Shown here one piece after another: positions 1 through 9,171 of a DNA stretch of 64,000 bases (its first letter is position 1; the number at the start of each line of letters is the position of its first letter). Below the pieces are notes generated by a model. That model made no database searches, was not told the DNA's origin, and worked only from the letters and a program-made list of their open reading frames with translations. The DNA comes from an uncultured Trueperaceae bacterium (GTDB taxonomy: Bacteria > Deinococcota > Deinococci > Deinococcales > Trueperaceae): assembly GCA_963727505.1 (NCBI GenBank), contig CAVSGP010000004.1:768001-832000 (forward strand), in the 5' to 3' direction. The position numbers and the translations under genes are program-made.

Positions 1-47
1 GCCACCAGGGCGGGCAGCGTGAGGCGCGTCCTCCACGAGCCGGACAT
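1..47 (-). CDS. mrpG: probable Mrp antiporter subunit G, 5' end only (runs off window)
   Basis: ATG at 47-45 overlaps the mrpF stop (TGATG coupling). Position after mrpF matches the canonical mrpABCDEFG order. Only about 15 codons are visible. Confidence 0.5.
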   Translation of the reverse strand, partial: MSGSWRTRLTLPALV

Positions 48-316
48 CAGCGCATCACCCGTCCACGGAGCAGGTAGCGCGCCAGCGCGACGGTGCTCAG
101 GAAGCCCAGGATCGAGATGATCAGCGCGGCGTCGAGCAGCGACGTGAAGCCGGTGCGCAGCGCCGCTACCACCACCATCACGGCGAGGTTGACGGTGAGG
201 TAGTCGAAGGCGGTCACGCGGTCGCCCCAGGTAGGCCCGCGCACCACGCGGTAGGTGGCCAGCACACCGGAGATGGCGAGGCTGAAGATGGCGACGTCGA
301 TCACCACGGCAAGCAT
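47..316 (-). CDS. mrpF: Na+/H+ antiporter subunit F
   Basis: 89 aa hydrophobic ORF with YRVVRGPTWGDRVTAFD and GFLSTVALARYL motifs. Confidence 0.9.
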   Translation of the reverse strand: MLAVVIDVAIFSLAISGVLATYRVVRGPTWGDRVTAFDYLTVNLAVMVVVAALRTGFTSLLDAALIISILGFLSTVALARYLLRGRVMR

Positions 317-356
317 CCTCCCAAGCGGGTTCGGCGCTCGAGCGCGCGGGCGGCGC

Positions 357-824
357 TCACGCCATGAACCCCAGGATCAGGCCTTCGATGCGCTCCACGC
401 TGGCGCGCGAGCGTTCCGGGTCGGCCTGCAAGATGGCGTGGGCGTAGAGCAGCCCGCGGTCGTCGGACACCCCCATGGCGACGGTGCCCGGCAGCAGCGT
501 GATGGCGGCGGACAGGAGTGAGATCGCGGCGTCGCTCCGCAGACGCAGCGGCACCGCGATGACATGCGGGTAGTAGCGCGGGCGCGGCCGGAACGCCAGC
601 AGCGCGACCATCACGTTGGCGGTGACCAGCTCGAGGCTGAAGCGCACGGCGAAGCGCACGAACGCCGCCAGGCGCCGCGGGAACGAGCGCTCGCGTTCGC
701 GCTCGACCACCGAGAGCAGCAAGATCCCCAGCAGCGCGCCGACAACCAGGTTCAACGCGCTGAGCTGCCCCATCAGGAAGCTCCACATCAGGGCCATTCC
801 CAGCACCGCCAGCAGCGATCCCAT
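357..824 (-). CDS. mrpE: Na+/H+ antiporter subunit E
   Basis: ELVTANVMVA...AITLLPGT motif typical of MrpE; operon context. Confidence 0.9.
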   Translation of the reverse strand: MGSLLAVLGMALMWSFLMGQLSALNLVVGALLGILLLSVVERERERSFPRRLAAFVRFAVRFSLELVTANVMVALLAFRPRPRYYPHVIAVPLRLRSDAAISLLSAAITLLPGTVAMGVSDDRGLLYAHAILQADPERSRASVERIEGLILGFMA

Positions 825-827
825 GGG

Positions 828-2363
828 TTAGTGTGCCCCCTCTCGCGGCGGCGCTCCCGGGACCAGCACGGCGGCGCGGTAGGCGGCGTTGCCGTCGAGC
901 TGGGCGGCCGCCCTCCCGCACAGGCCGTACAGCGGCCCCGCGAAGGCCGCCAGCGACAGCAGCAGCGCGACCGCCACCACCGTCACGCCGCTCATCGCCC
1001 GCGGGATGGCGACCCGGTGGACGGCGTCGGACTCGCCCCAGAAGAACTCACGCCAGATGCGCGTGGCGGCGTAGAGCAGCAACAGGCCGGTCAGCACGGC
1101 AGCCGTCGCCACCGCCACGTGCAGCAAGCCGCCCGCCGCCAGCATCGAGCGCACCAGCGCGAACTTGCCGATGAAGCCGCTGGTGGGCGGCAACCCGATC
1201 AGGGCCAGCACTCCCGTGAAGTAGCCCGCGCCGAGCCAGGGGTAGTGCCCCAGGTGACCGTGCCTGCGGTAGTTCGGCCCGGCCACGCGCTCGGCCAGCG
1301 CCGCCACCAGGAACAACACGAACATGACCGCGATGGAGTTCATCAGGTAGTACAGCGCCGCGGTCATGCCGGCACGCGAGCCGATGAACGCCCCCGCCAC
1401 CAGGTAGCCCACGCTGGCGACGTTGGCGAAGGCCATGGCATGACGCCAGCGCCGCCGCGCCACCATCCCCAGCGCACCCACCAGCATGGTCAGTCCTGCC
1501 AGGGTCAACAGCGTCCCCTCGATGGCATGCTGTCCCGGGAGCATCAGTGTGAAGGTGCGCACCAATGCGTACACCCCCACCTTGGTGAGCACCGCCGCGA
1601 AGAAGGCGCTGACGGCGGCGGGCGGGACCGGGTAGCTGTTGGGCAACCAGAAACCTAGCGGGAAAACGGCGGCCTTGGTGGCGAACACCAGCGCCAGCAG
1701 CGCCGCCAGCAGGGTGATGCGCACGTCGCCGGCGCCGTGCGCACCGATGCGCTGGGCGATGTCGGCCATGTTGAGGCTGCCCACCAGCCCGTAGACCATG
1801 CCGGCGGTGATGACGAACACCGAGGAGGCGATCAGGTTGATCACGACGTACTTGAAGCCCTCGCGCAGCTGCGGCAGCTCGCCACCGAGCAACAGCAGGC
1901 CGTAGGAGGCCAGCAGCATCACCTCGAAGGCCACGAACAGGTTGAAGAGGTCGCCGGTCAGGAAGCTCATGTTCACGCCCATGAACAGGAACTGCAGCAG
2001 CGCCTGCGCGCCGAAGGCCTCGCGGGCCCGGTTGAGCAGGGCGCTGGCACCCCGCACCGGAGCGTGCTGCAGGCTCGAGCCGGCGAACACCACCGTCAAC
2101 AGCGCCAGCACGTTACTGGCCAGCAGCAGCAGCCCCGCCAGAGCGTCGGCCACCAGCGCGATGCCGAAGGGCGCCGCCCACGACGCCATCTGCACCACCA
2201 GGATCTCGCCGTGGAAGGTGCGCACGGCGACGATGACCGACACCGCCAGGGTCGCGGCCGAGACGGCGGTCGCCAGCCAGCGGCGCAGCACGCTGCGACG
2301 CACCAGCAGCAGCACCGAGCCCCCGAACAGCGGGAGCAGCACCGGCAACGCCAGCACGTTCAC
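828..2363 (-). CDS. mrpD: Na+/H+ antiporter subunit D
   Basis: TGDLFNLFVAFEVMLLASYGLL and FWLPNSYP...LTKVGVYA motifs. GTG start at 2363 overlaps the mrpC stop (GTGA). Confidence 0.92.
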   Translation of the reverse strand: MNVLALPVLLPLFGGSVLLLVRRSVLRRWLATAVSAATLAVSVIVAVRTFHGEILVVQMASWAAPFGIALVADALAGLLLLASNVLALLTVVFAGSSLQHAPVRGASALLNRAREAFGAQALLQFLFMGVNMSFLTGDLFNLFVAFEVMLLASYGLLLLGGELPQLREGFKYVVINLIASSVFVITAGMVYGLVGSLNMADIAQRIGAHGAGDVRITLLAALLALVFATKAAVFPLGFWLPNSYPVPPAAVSAFFAAVLTKVGVYALVRTFTLMLPGQHAIEGTLLTLAGLTMLVGALGMVARRRWRHAMAFANVASVGYLVAGAFIGSRAGMTAALYYLMNSIAVMFVLFLVAALAERVAGPNYRRHGHLGHYPWLGAGYFTGVLALIGLPPTSGFIGKFALVRSMLAAGGLLHVAVATAAVLTGLLLLYAATRIWREFFWGESDAVHRVAIPRAMSGVTVVAVALLLSLAAFAGPLYGLCGRAAAQLDGNAAYRAAVLVPGAPPREGAH

Positions 2364-2791
2364 GGGTGGCCGTCCTCGTCGACGTCGGCGGCGGTGCCGA
2401 TCTCCGGCGACACCGAGGGGTACTCGGGGTCCGCGTAGACGACCGGGCTGCGCACCGGGTCGGGCCGGTCGGCCAGGTCCTGCACGTGATCGGTGCCGGT
2501 AACCTGGTAGGCGCGCAGTGCCAGCACCAGCAGCAGCGCGGTGGTCGCGAAACTGATGACGATGGCGGTGAGGATCAACGCCTGCGGCAGCGGGTCGTTG
2601 TAGGGCCCTGCGAGCTGCAGCAGCGGCGGCGCGTCGCGCCGCTCGCCCTCGCCCGCCAGCAGGATCGCGATGTTCACGCCGTAAGAGATGAACGACACAC
2701 CCAGGATCAGCCGGATCAGCGCCCGCGACAGCACCAGGAACACCCCGGCACCGATCAGGAGCGCGGCCAGCAGCGGCAGCAACAGCTCCAT
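2360..2791 (-). CDS. mrpC: Na+/H+ antiporter subunit C
   Basis: DPLPQALILTAIVISFATTA motif. ATG at 2791 is coupled to the mrpB stop. Confidence 0.92.
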   Translation of the reverse strand: MELLLPLLAALLIGAGVFLVLSRALIRLILGVSFISYGVNIAILLAGEGERRDAPPLLQLAGPYNDPLPQALILTAIVISFATTALLLVLALRAYQVTGTDHVQDLADRPDPVRSPVVYADPEYPSVSPEIGTAADVDEDGHP

Positions 2792-3291
2792 CAGCCCTCG
2801 CCCCCGTCCGGGCGGTCGCCGGCCTCGGCCTCGCCCGGCGGGCCCGATCGCCCACCGCGCTCCAGCAGCTCCGCAAGGCCCCCCTCCTCGGCCAACAGGT
2901 CGATGATGGTGACGGTGGCGCCGACCACGACCAGGAACACACCCAGATCGAACAGCGTCGCGCTGGTCCAATCGAACGTTCCGATGCCCGGCAGCCGCAG
3001 GGTCCCGTGGTCGCTCGTCAGGAAGGCGCGGCCGGCCAGCATGGGGGCGACACCGGTGCCCAGTGCCACCAGCAGGCCCACCGGCATGAGCACGTCGCTG
3101 CGTATCCGCAGCAGCCCGCGCCGGCGCGCCATGCGCGCCAGCAGGCCGGCGGCCGCCACGATCAGCCCCGCGATGAAACCGCCCCCTGGGGCGTTGTGGC
3201 CGCGCAGGAAGAAGTGGAAGCCGAGCGCCAGCAACGCGAACACGATCGGCGTCACCAGCGTACGGAAGAAGACGTCGGGGCCCTTGCTCAC
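2791..3291 (-). CDS. mrpB: Na+/H+ antiporter subunit B
   Basis: RGHNAPGGGFIAGL and FDLGVFLVVVG motifs. GTG at 3291 overlaps the mrpA stop. Confidence 0.9.
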   Translation of the reverse strand: MSKGPDVFFRTLVTPIVFALLALGFHFFLRGHNAPGGGFIAGLIVAAAGLLARMARRRGLLRIRSDVLMPVGLLVALGTGVAPMLAGRAFLTSDHGTLRLPGIGTFDWTSATLFDLGVFLVVVGATVTIIDLLAEEGGLAELLERGGRSGPPGEAEAGDRPDGGEG

Positions 3292-5633
3292 GGCTGCGCC
3301 TCCCCCGGGCCGTCGGCGCCGGACGCGTCCGCAGGCTCGGACGTCGCCTCGGGGTCGACCGGCTGCTGCGACTGCAACCGGAGCAGGGCCAGCACGCTCA
3401 GTGCCGCGATCGCCAGCACCGTGATCTCGCCCAGGGTGTCGTAGCCGCGGAAATCGACCAGGATGGTGTTGACGACGTTGGCGCCGCCGGCCAGGGTCTT
3501 GCTGAAGCGCAGGAAGAACTCCGTGATTCGCGGCGCGATGGGTTGCTGGACCGACAGCAGCAGCGTGAACACGGTCGCCGCCACACCGGTGGCGATGACG
3601 CCGTCGAGCATGCCCAGCGACGGCGGGCGGGTGTAACGCCGCATCGCCGGCAGGAAGCGGAACACGGACAGGAACAAGATGACCGTGACGGTGTCGATCA
3701 GCAGTTGCGTGAGCGCCAGGTCGGGCGCGTGCAGCAGCACGAAGATGAGGGTCGATGCCACCCCCGCGAGGCCCAGGTAGATGAGCGCGGAGAGCCGCGA
3801 GCGGGTCAGCAGCGTGCCGCCGATGCCGGCGATCACCAGGCCGGTGGCCAGCGCCATGTCGATGGGCACGGGCGACAGCGTCGGGAAGACCAGCCGGTAG
3901 CCCCGCAGCGCGCCGACCGCGGCCACCCCCACGAACAGCACGCGTAGGTGGGTGGCGAAGGAGGCACCCTGGGTGGCGCGCGTGAAGGCGCCCGCGAAGC
4001 GCTCCAGCCCGGCGAGCACAGCGTAGTAGACGGTGTTGGCGTTCCACCTGGGGGTGATCGCCTCCTGCAGGCGCGCGAAGCGGTCGCGCAACAGGTGCAG
4101 CGCCACCCCCAGGAACCAGGTCAGCACCGACAGCGCCAGCGTCACCGAGAGCCCGTGCCACAGCGCCAGCGGCTCGGCGTGGAAGCCGAGGCCGGGCGCC
4201 GCCAGGTCGGTGAGCGCGCTCGCCAGCGTGCCTTGCGGCGGCACCAGCCCGAACGCCACCACCGCGGCCGTGAGCGGCAGCACCGGCAGCCAGAAGGCGG
4301 CGTGGGGCCGGTGCACGTGCGGCGCTTCCGCCCGGTAGGGGCCGAAGAACACCGACAGGAAGCGCAGGCTGTAGGCGAACGTCATGACGCTCCCCGTCAC
4401 CGCGAGAGTTGCGGGGATCCAGCCCTCGTGCTGCATCGCTTCGTAGAACAACTCCTTGGACAGGAAGCCACCGAACGGGGGCACTCCGGCCATCGACAGC
4501 GCGGCCGGCACCGCCAGCAGCGCCGTGACCGGCAACCGCCGTCCCAGGCCGGACAGCGAGCGGATGTCGCGGCTGCCGGTGACGTGGTCGATGATGCCCA
4601 CCACCAGGAACAACGCCGCCTTGAACGCGGCATGGTTGACCAGGTGTGCGGTGGCGCCGAAGGGATGGTGCGAGGCGTACATGGCCGTGAGGATGCCGAG
4701 CTGCGACACCGTGGAATAGGCCAGCAACGCCTTGAGGTCGTTCTGCCGCAGCGCCAGGTAGGAGCCCCAGAACATGGTCAGGAGCCCGGCGAACATCGCC
4801 ACCTGCGCGAAGGTAGTGCCGTCGAGCAGGAACCCGAACTTCGCCAGCAGGAACACGCCCGCCTTGACCATGGTGGCGGAGTGGAGGAACGCCGACACCG
4901 GCGTCGGCGCCTCCATCGCGGTGGGCAACCACAGGTGGAACGGGAGCTGCGCGGACTTCGTGAAGGCGGCCACCAGGACGAGCGCCAGCGCCGGCGGGAA
5001 CAGTGGGCTGGCCTTCAGGGCCGCGACATCGAGCCCCGAGAGCGTGGCGCTGTGACCGGCGATGCCGAGCAGAGCTACGGCCACCAGCAGCGCCAGTCCG
5101 CCGATGGCGGTGACGAGCAGCGCCTTCACCGCCCCGTCGCGGGCGGCCGCCCGGCTGTCCCAGAAGCCGACGAGCAGGAACGAGGCGATCGAGGTCAGCT
5201 CCCAGAAGGCGAAGAGCGCGATCAGGTTGTCCGACAGCACCAGGCCGAGCATGGCGCCACCGAACGCCAGCAGGTACCCGTAGAAGCGCCCGTGGCGCTC
5301 GCCGGGGGCCAGGTAGGAGGCGGCGTAGAGGGTGACCAGCACCCCGATGACCGCCACCATCAGTGCGAAGAGCAGCGAGAACCCGTCGGCGCGCAGGGTG
5401 AAGCCGAGCCCCAGGTCCGGGACCCACGCCAGGTCCGAGGTGGCCGGCCGGCCGTGCAGCGCGGGCCGCACGAAGGCGAGCAGGGCCAACGCAGGCGCGA
5501 ACGCCAGCCACAGCACGTAGCCGCTGCGCGCCCGCAAGCGCGGGCCGAGCAGCGGCGCGAGGCCGGCGCCCAGGAACGGCGCGAACACCGCCAGGGGGAG
5601 CAGGAGCGCCGCGCTCACGGGGCCGCCGACCAT
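3288..5633 (-). CDS. mrpA: Na+/H+ antiporter subunit A
   Basis: FTKSAQLPFHLWLPTAMEAPTPVSAFLHSATMVKAG and VDFRGYDTLGE motifs. Start uncertain (ATG 5633 or GTG 5618). Confidence 0.93.
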   Translation of the reverse strand: MVGGPVSAALLLPLAVFAPFLGAGLAPLLGPRLRARSGYVLWLAFAPALALLAFVRPALHGRPATSDLAWVPDLGLGFTLRADGFSLLFALMVAVIGVLVTLYAASYLAPGERHGRFYGYLLAFGGAMLGLVLSDNLIALFAFWELTSIASFLLVGFWDSRAAARDGAVKALLVTAIGGLALLVAVALLGIAGHSATLSGLDVAALKASPLFPPALALVLVAAFTKSAQLPFHLWLPTAMEAPTPVSAFLHSATMVKAGVFLLAKFGFLLDGTTFAQVAMFAGLLTMFWGSYLALRQNDLKALLAYSTVSQLGILTAMYASHHPFGATAHLVNHAAFKAALFLVVGIIDHVTGSRDIRSLSGLGRRLPVTALLAVPAALSMAGVPPFGGFLSKELFYEAMQHEGWIPATLAVTGSVMTFAYSLRFLSVFFGPYRAEAPHVHRPHAAFWLPVLPLTAAVVAFGLVPPQGTLASALTDLAAPGLGFHAEPLALWHGLSVTLALSVLTWFLGVALHLLRDRFARLQEAITPRWNANTVYYAVLAGLERFAGAFTRATQGASFATHLRVLFVGVAAVGALRGYRLVFPTLSPVPIDMALATGLVIAGIGGTLLTRSRLSALIYLGLAGVASTLIFVLLHAPDLALTQLLIDTVTVILFLSVFRFLPAMRRYTRPPSLGMLDGVIATGVAATVFTLLLSVQQPIAPRITEFFLRFSKTLAGGANVVNTILVDFRGYDTLGEITVLAIAALSVLALLRLQSQQPVDPEATSEPADASGADGPGEAQP

Positions 5634-5734
5634 CGCCCGAGGCGCCCCCACCGCTCACGGCCTACGCCGCGGGCCGCTCCGGGGACCGGGTCACGGGAGG
5701 CGCGCCCCCGGCGCGCGTCTCTCGTCATGGTCCA

Positions 5735-6820
5735 CTACTGTCCCGTGCCGCCGCCCGAAGGCGCCGCGGTCGCCGGAGCGTCGCTCGCCTTGGAAGCGCC
5801 GGCCGCGCTGGCGCGCATCGCGTCCGACAGGGTGATGAGCCGCTGGTAGCTCGAGAGCTTGGTGTAGTCGCCGACCTTGAGACCGTCCACGAAGAGGGTG
5901 GGCGTGCCGGTGAGATGGAGCTGCCCTCCCGCCTCCTGGTAGGCCTTATCGATCTCGGCTTTGTAGGTGCCGTCCTTGACGCACTTCTGGACGCCATCCG
6001 TCTTCAGCCCGGCGTCCGCCGCGATCGTCACCAACGCCGACAACGGGTCGGACAGGCCGCTCCACTGCTTCTGGCTGGCGAAGAGGGCGTCATGGTAGGT
6101 CCAGAACGACGCCGGATCGTTCGCGGCGGTCACACACTCGGCGGTCTCCGCCGCGATCATGGCGTTGGGATGGATGGACTTGAGCGGGAAGTAGTGGAAC
6201 TCGAAGCGCACGTTGCCGCCGGCCAGCAGCGCGGCCTTGAGCTGCGGGAACTCGTCGTTGGCGAAGCGCGCGCAGAACGGGCACTGGAAGTCGGAGAACT
6301 CCCGGATCACGTGCTTGGCGTCCGCCGGCCCGATGCTGTGCGCTGCGGGCGGGAACGTAGAGGGATCCACCGTCTGTGGCTTGAGGGTGAAGTCGAGGTG
6401 GTAGGGAGCGTCGCCGGTGACCGTCAGGTGGAGCTCGTACTCCTCCACCCCGATGGCGGTCGGGCCCTTGCCCGCGAGGTCACCGAGGCGGGTCTGGAAG
6501 AACTGCGCGACGGGCCCAGCGATGCCCTGGCCGTAGCCGGTCGCGGCGCCGATCAGGTCCGAGGCAAAGCGCACGTTGGCGTCGTTCATGCTGCCGCTTC
6601 CACTGACGGCCAGCGCGGTGTTCGAGGCGCTGTCGATCTGGAAGGTGAAGTCCGACGCAACCGTGAAGCCGCCGTTCGAGGCGGCAGGCTGGTAGCTCTT
6701 GAGGGCGTCGACGATGCTGGAGGGCGCCTCGCCGATGGACGCCGCAGCGGTGGGCAGCAGCGCCACGAGCGCAACGAGGATCAGGGGCAGCAGGCGAGAA
6801 CGGCGGAGTCGAGCGGTCAT
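5735..6820 (-). CDS. exported DsbA/thioredoxin-fold protein with N-terminal extension
   Basis: Signal-peptide-like N-terminus; EFSDFQCPFC active site; FPLKSIHPNA; cis-Pro loop GTPT. Confidence 0.85.
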   Translation of the reverse strand: MTARLRRSRLLPLILVALVALLPTAAASIGEAPSSIVDALKSYQPAASNGGFTVASDFTFQIDSASNTALAVSGSGSMNDANVRFASDLIGAATGYGQGIAGPVAQFFQTRLGDLAGKGPTAIGVEEYELHLTVTGDAPYHLDFTLKPQTVDPSTFPPAAHSIGPADAKHVIREFSDFQCPFCARFANDEFPQLKAALLAGGNVRFEFHYFPLKSIHPNAMIAAETAECVTAANDPASFWTYHDALFASQKQWSGLSDPLSALVTIAADAGLKTDGVQKCVKDGTYKAEIDKAYQEAGGQLHLTGTPTLFVDGLKVGDYTKLSSYQRLITLSDAMRASAAGASKASDAPATAAPSGGGTGQ

Positions 6821-7365
6821 GGGGTCATCTCCTTCATGCCCTCGCCCCGGCCAGGTAGAGGGTCGTCGGTGAGGGGTAAGCGGCGGGCCAGGGTCACGCT
6901 CAACAGCGCGTCCACCGGCACCCGGAGCAGCACATCGTGCCCGCCTCCGCCGCCGTAGACCACGCCGTCCTCGGGCACGCTGACGCTGTCCACGAGGGTG
7001 GGCAGCGACGTGCGGTGCCCGAACGGCGGCATCGAGCCGACGGCGAAACCAGTCAGGGACAGCGTCTGCTCCGGTGAGGCGAGCCGCACCTTGCGGCGGT
7101 CGACGCCGAGGGCGCGCGCCAGCGCACGCATGCGCACGCGCGCCTCACCGGCGGCGATGACGAGCACGGGCTGCATGCCGGCGGGGGGCAGGTCGGCCTC
7201 GAACACCAGGCTCTTGACGATCGCCTCCGGCGCCACCCCCAGCGCGCGGGCCGCAGCGGGCACGGTCGGGGTCGGCGCGCCGGGACGCACCAGCTCGGCA
7301 GCCACGTGGTGCTCGCGCAGGTAGTCCGCCAGGTCGCGTTCGCTCATGGGCGTCGCCGTGGGCAT
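6817..7365 (-). CDS. YbaK/EbsC family aminoacyl-tRNA deacylase
   Basis: AIVKSLVF and TGFAVGSMPPFGH motifs. TACACT -10 lies 7 nt upstream of ATG 7365. Confidence 0.88.
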   Translation of the reverse strand: MPTATPMSERDLADYLREHHVAAELVRPGAPTPTVPAAARALGVAPEAIVKSLVFEADLPPAGMQPVLVIAAGEARVRMRALARALGVDRRKVRLASPEQTLSLTGFAVGSMPPFGHRTSLPTLVDSVSVPEDGVVYGGGGGHDVLLRVPVDALLSVTLARRLPLTDDPLPGRGEGMKEMTP

Positions 7366-7530
7366 GACGCCCAGTGTAGCCCCCCGCCGTGGGGCGCTCA
7401 AGGAAGGGCGTCCCGCCCGGACGGCACCCGCAGGGGGGGCCGCGGCACGCCCGCCGAGGCCCGAGGCGGTCGGGCGGCTGCACCGTACGCCGCGGGCCCG
7501 TGCGCCGCGGGCCCGCGGCGGAGGCGGCGG

Positions 7531-9042
7531 CTAACCCAGGCCGTAGAGGGCGCCGTACTTGCGCCGCAGGTAGCCGAGGTAGGGCGCGGCGTCGAGCTCG
7601 GAGCCCGTGGCGCGCTTCAGGAGCTCGTCGGGCAGATAGCGCGATCCGTGCCGGTGCACGTTCTCGCGCAGCCAGCCCAGGAGGGTCGCGAAGCGACCGG
7701 CGCGGACCTCGCGCGGCAGCTCCGGGTGGGCGGCGGTGGCGGCCTCGAAGAGCTGCACGCTCATCAGGTTGCCGAGCGCGTAGGTCGGGAAATAGCCGAA
7801 CAGACCGATCGACCAGTGGACGTCCTGCAACACACCGAGCGCGTCGTTGGGAGGCGTGAGGCCCAGCATGTCGTTCATGGCGTCGTTCCAGGCCGCCGGT
7901 AGGTCGCGCACGGCCAGGTCGCCACCGATGAGGCCGAGCTCCAGCTCGAAGCGCAGCATCACATGGAGGTTGTAGGTGACCTCGTCGGCCTCGACCCGGA
8001 TGAAGCTGGGCTCCACCCGGTTGATGGCAGCGTAGAAGTCGTCCAGAGACACGCTCCGGAGCTGCCCGGGGAAGGTGCGCTGCAAGCGGGGGAAGGCGCC
8101 CTCCCAGAAGGGGTGGCTGCGTCCCACCAGGTTCTCCCACATGCGCGACTGCGACTCGTGCACGCCGAGGCTGACGGTGCCCTCCAGCGGCGTGCGGTAG
8201 TACTCGCCGGCGATCCCCTGCTCGTAGAGGGCGTGGCCGGCCTCATGCATGGTGCCGAACAGGGCGGCGTTCAGGAAGTGCCCCTGGTAGCGAGTGGTGA
8301 TCCGGACGTCGTGCATGCCGAGCGCCGTGGCGAAGGGGTGCACGGTGCGGTCGAGCCGGCCGTGCTCCAGGTCGTAGCCGAAGGCGGTGACAATGTCGAG
8401 CGCGAAGCGCTCCTGGTCGGCCTCGTCGTAGGCCTGTCGGAGCACGGCGTCGTCGATCTCACGGCCGGCGTCACGGATGGCGCGCACCAGCTCGACCGTC
8501 TCCCGGCGGAGCGGCTCGAACACGGCGCGCAGACGCGCAGCCGTGGATCCCGGCTCATACAGGTCGTGCAGCGCGTCGTAGGGGTGCTCGTCGTAACCCA
8601 GGGCCTCGGCTTCCTGACGCTTGAGCTCGACCATGCGTTCGAGCTCCGGCGCGAAAGTGGTGAAATCCTGCTCCTGACGGGCGCGCGCCCACACGGCGCG
8701 GGAGCGCGAAACGTGCTTGCCGAGCGCCTCGACCAGCTCGACCGGCAGCTTGGTGGCGCGGTCGACGTCGCGGCGGGCCTGCCGAACCATGGCGGCCTCC
8801 ACCGAGCCCTCGGGCAGCTCCGCGGCCTCCAGCGCCTCGACCAGCTCTCCCAGCGCGGGGTCGGTGAGGCGCTCGTGGATGACGGTCTCGAGCGTGGCCA
8901 TCTGCTGCCCGCGCGCCTCGGCGGCGCCCGGCGGCATGTAGGTGTTCTCGTCCCAGGAGAGTACGGCGTGGGCCTGGGACAGGTCGCTGATGACGGCCGC
9001 TCTCCCGAGGAGGTCCTGGAGCAGCGTGTCGGTGTCGGTCAT
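7531..9042 (-). CDS. M32 family carboxypeptidase (carboxypeptidase Taq)
   Basis: HPF, HEAGHALYEQG, HESQSR, IRVEADEVTY and QDVHW motifs. Confidence 0.95.
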   Translation of the reverse strand: MTDTDTLLQDLLGRAAVISDLSQAHAVLSWDENTYMPPGAAEARGQQMATLETVIHERLTDPALGELVEALEAAELPEGSVEAAMVRQARRDVDRATKLPVELVEALGKHVSRSRAVWARARQEQDFTTFAPELERMVELKRQEAEALGYDEHPYDALHDLYEPGSTAARLRAVFEPLRRETVELVRAIRDAGREIDDAVLRQAYDEADQERFALDIVTAFGYDLEHGRLDRTVHPFATALGMHDVRITTRYQGHFLNAALFGTMHEAGHALYEQGIAGEYYRTPLEGTVSLGVHESQSRMWENLVGRSHPFWEGAFPRLQRTFPGQLRSVSLDDFYAAINRVEPSFIRVEADEVTYNLHVMLRFELELGLIGGDLAVRDLPAAWNDAMNDMLGLTPPNDALGVLQDVHWSIGLFGYFPTYALGNLMSVQLFEAATAAHPELPREVRAGRFATLLGWLRENVHRHGSRYLPDELLKRATGSELDAAPYLGYLRRKYGALYGLG

Positions 9043-9171
9043 GCCTTCTCCCTTCGCCGCGCCAGTCTACCCTCAGGCGAAGGTCGCGCTCGCGTCGGGC
9101 GCGCGCGCCAGCGGGCCATGGCGGTGGCGACCGGCCCCGGCCGAACGCAGGGCCCGTGCTATCGTGAAGGC

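Noticed and set aside
5634..5734. Sodium-sensing riboswitch upstream of mrpA
   Set aside because: Only a generic GC hairpin is visible; I recognise no riboswitch consensus.
7963..9171. N-terminal extension making the dynamin 979 aa
   Set aside because: It overlaps the antisense M32 peptidase; a TATCGT -10 supports ATG 9172.
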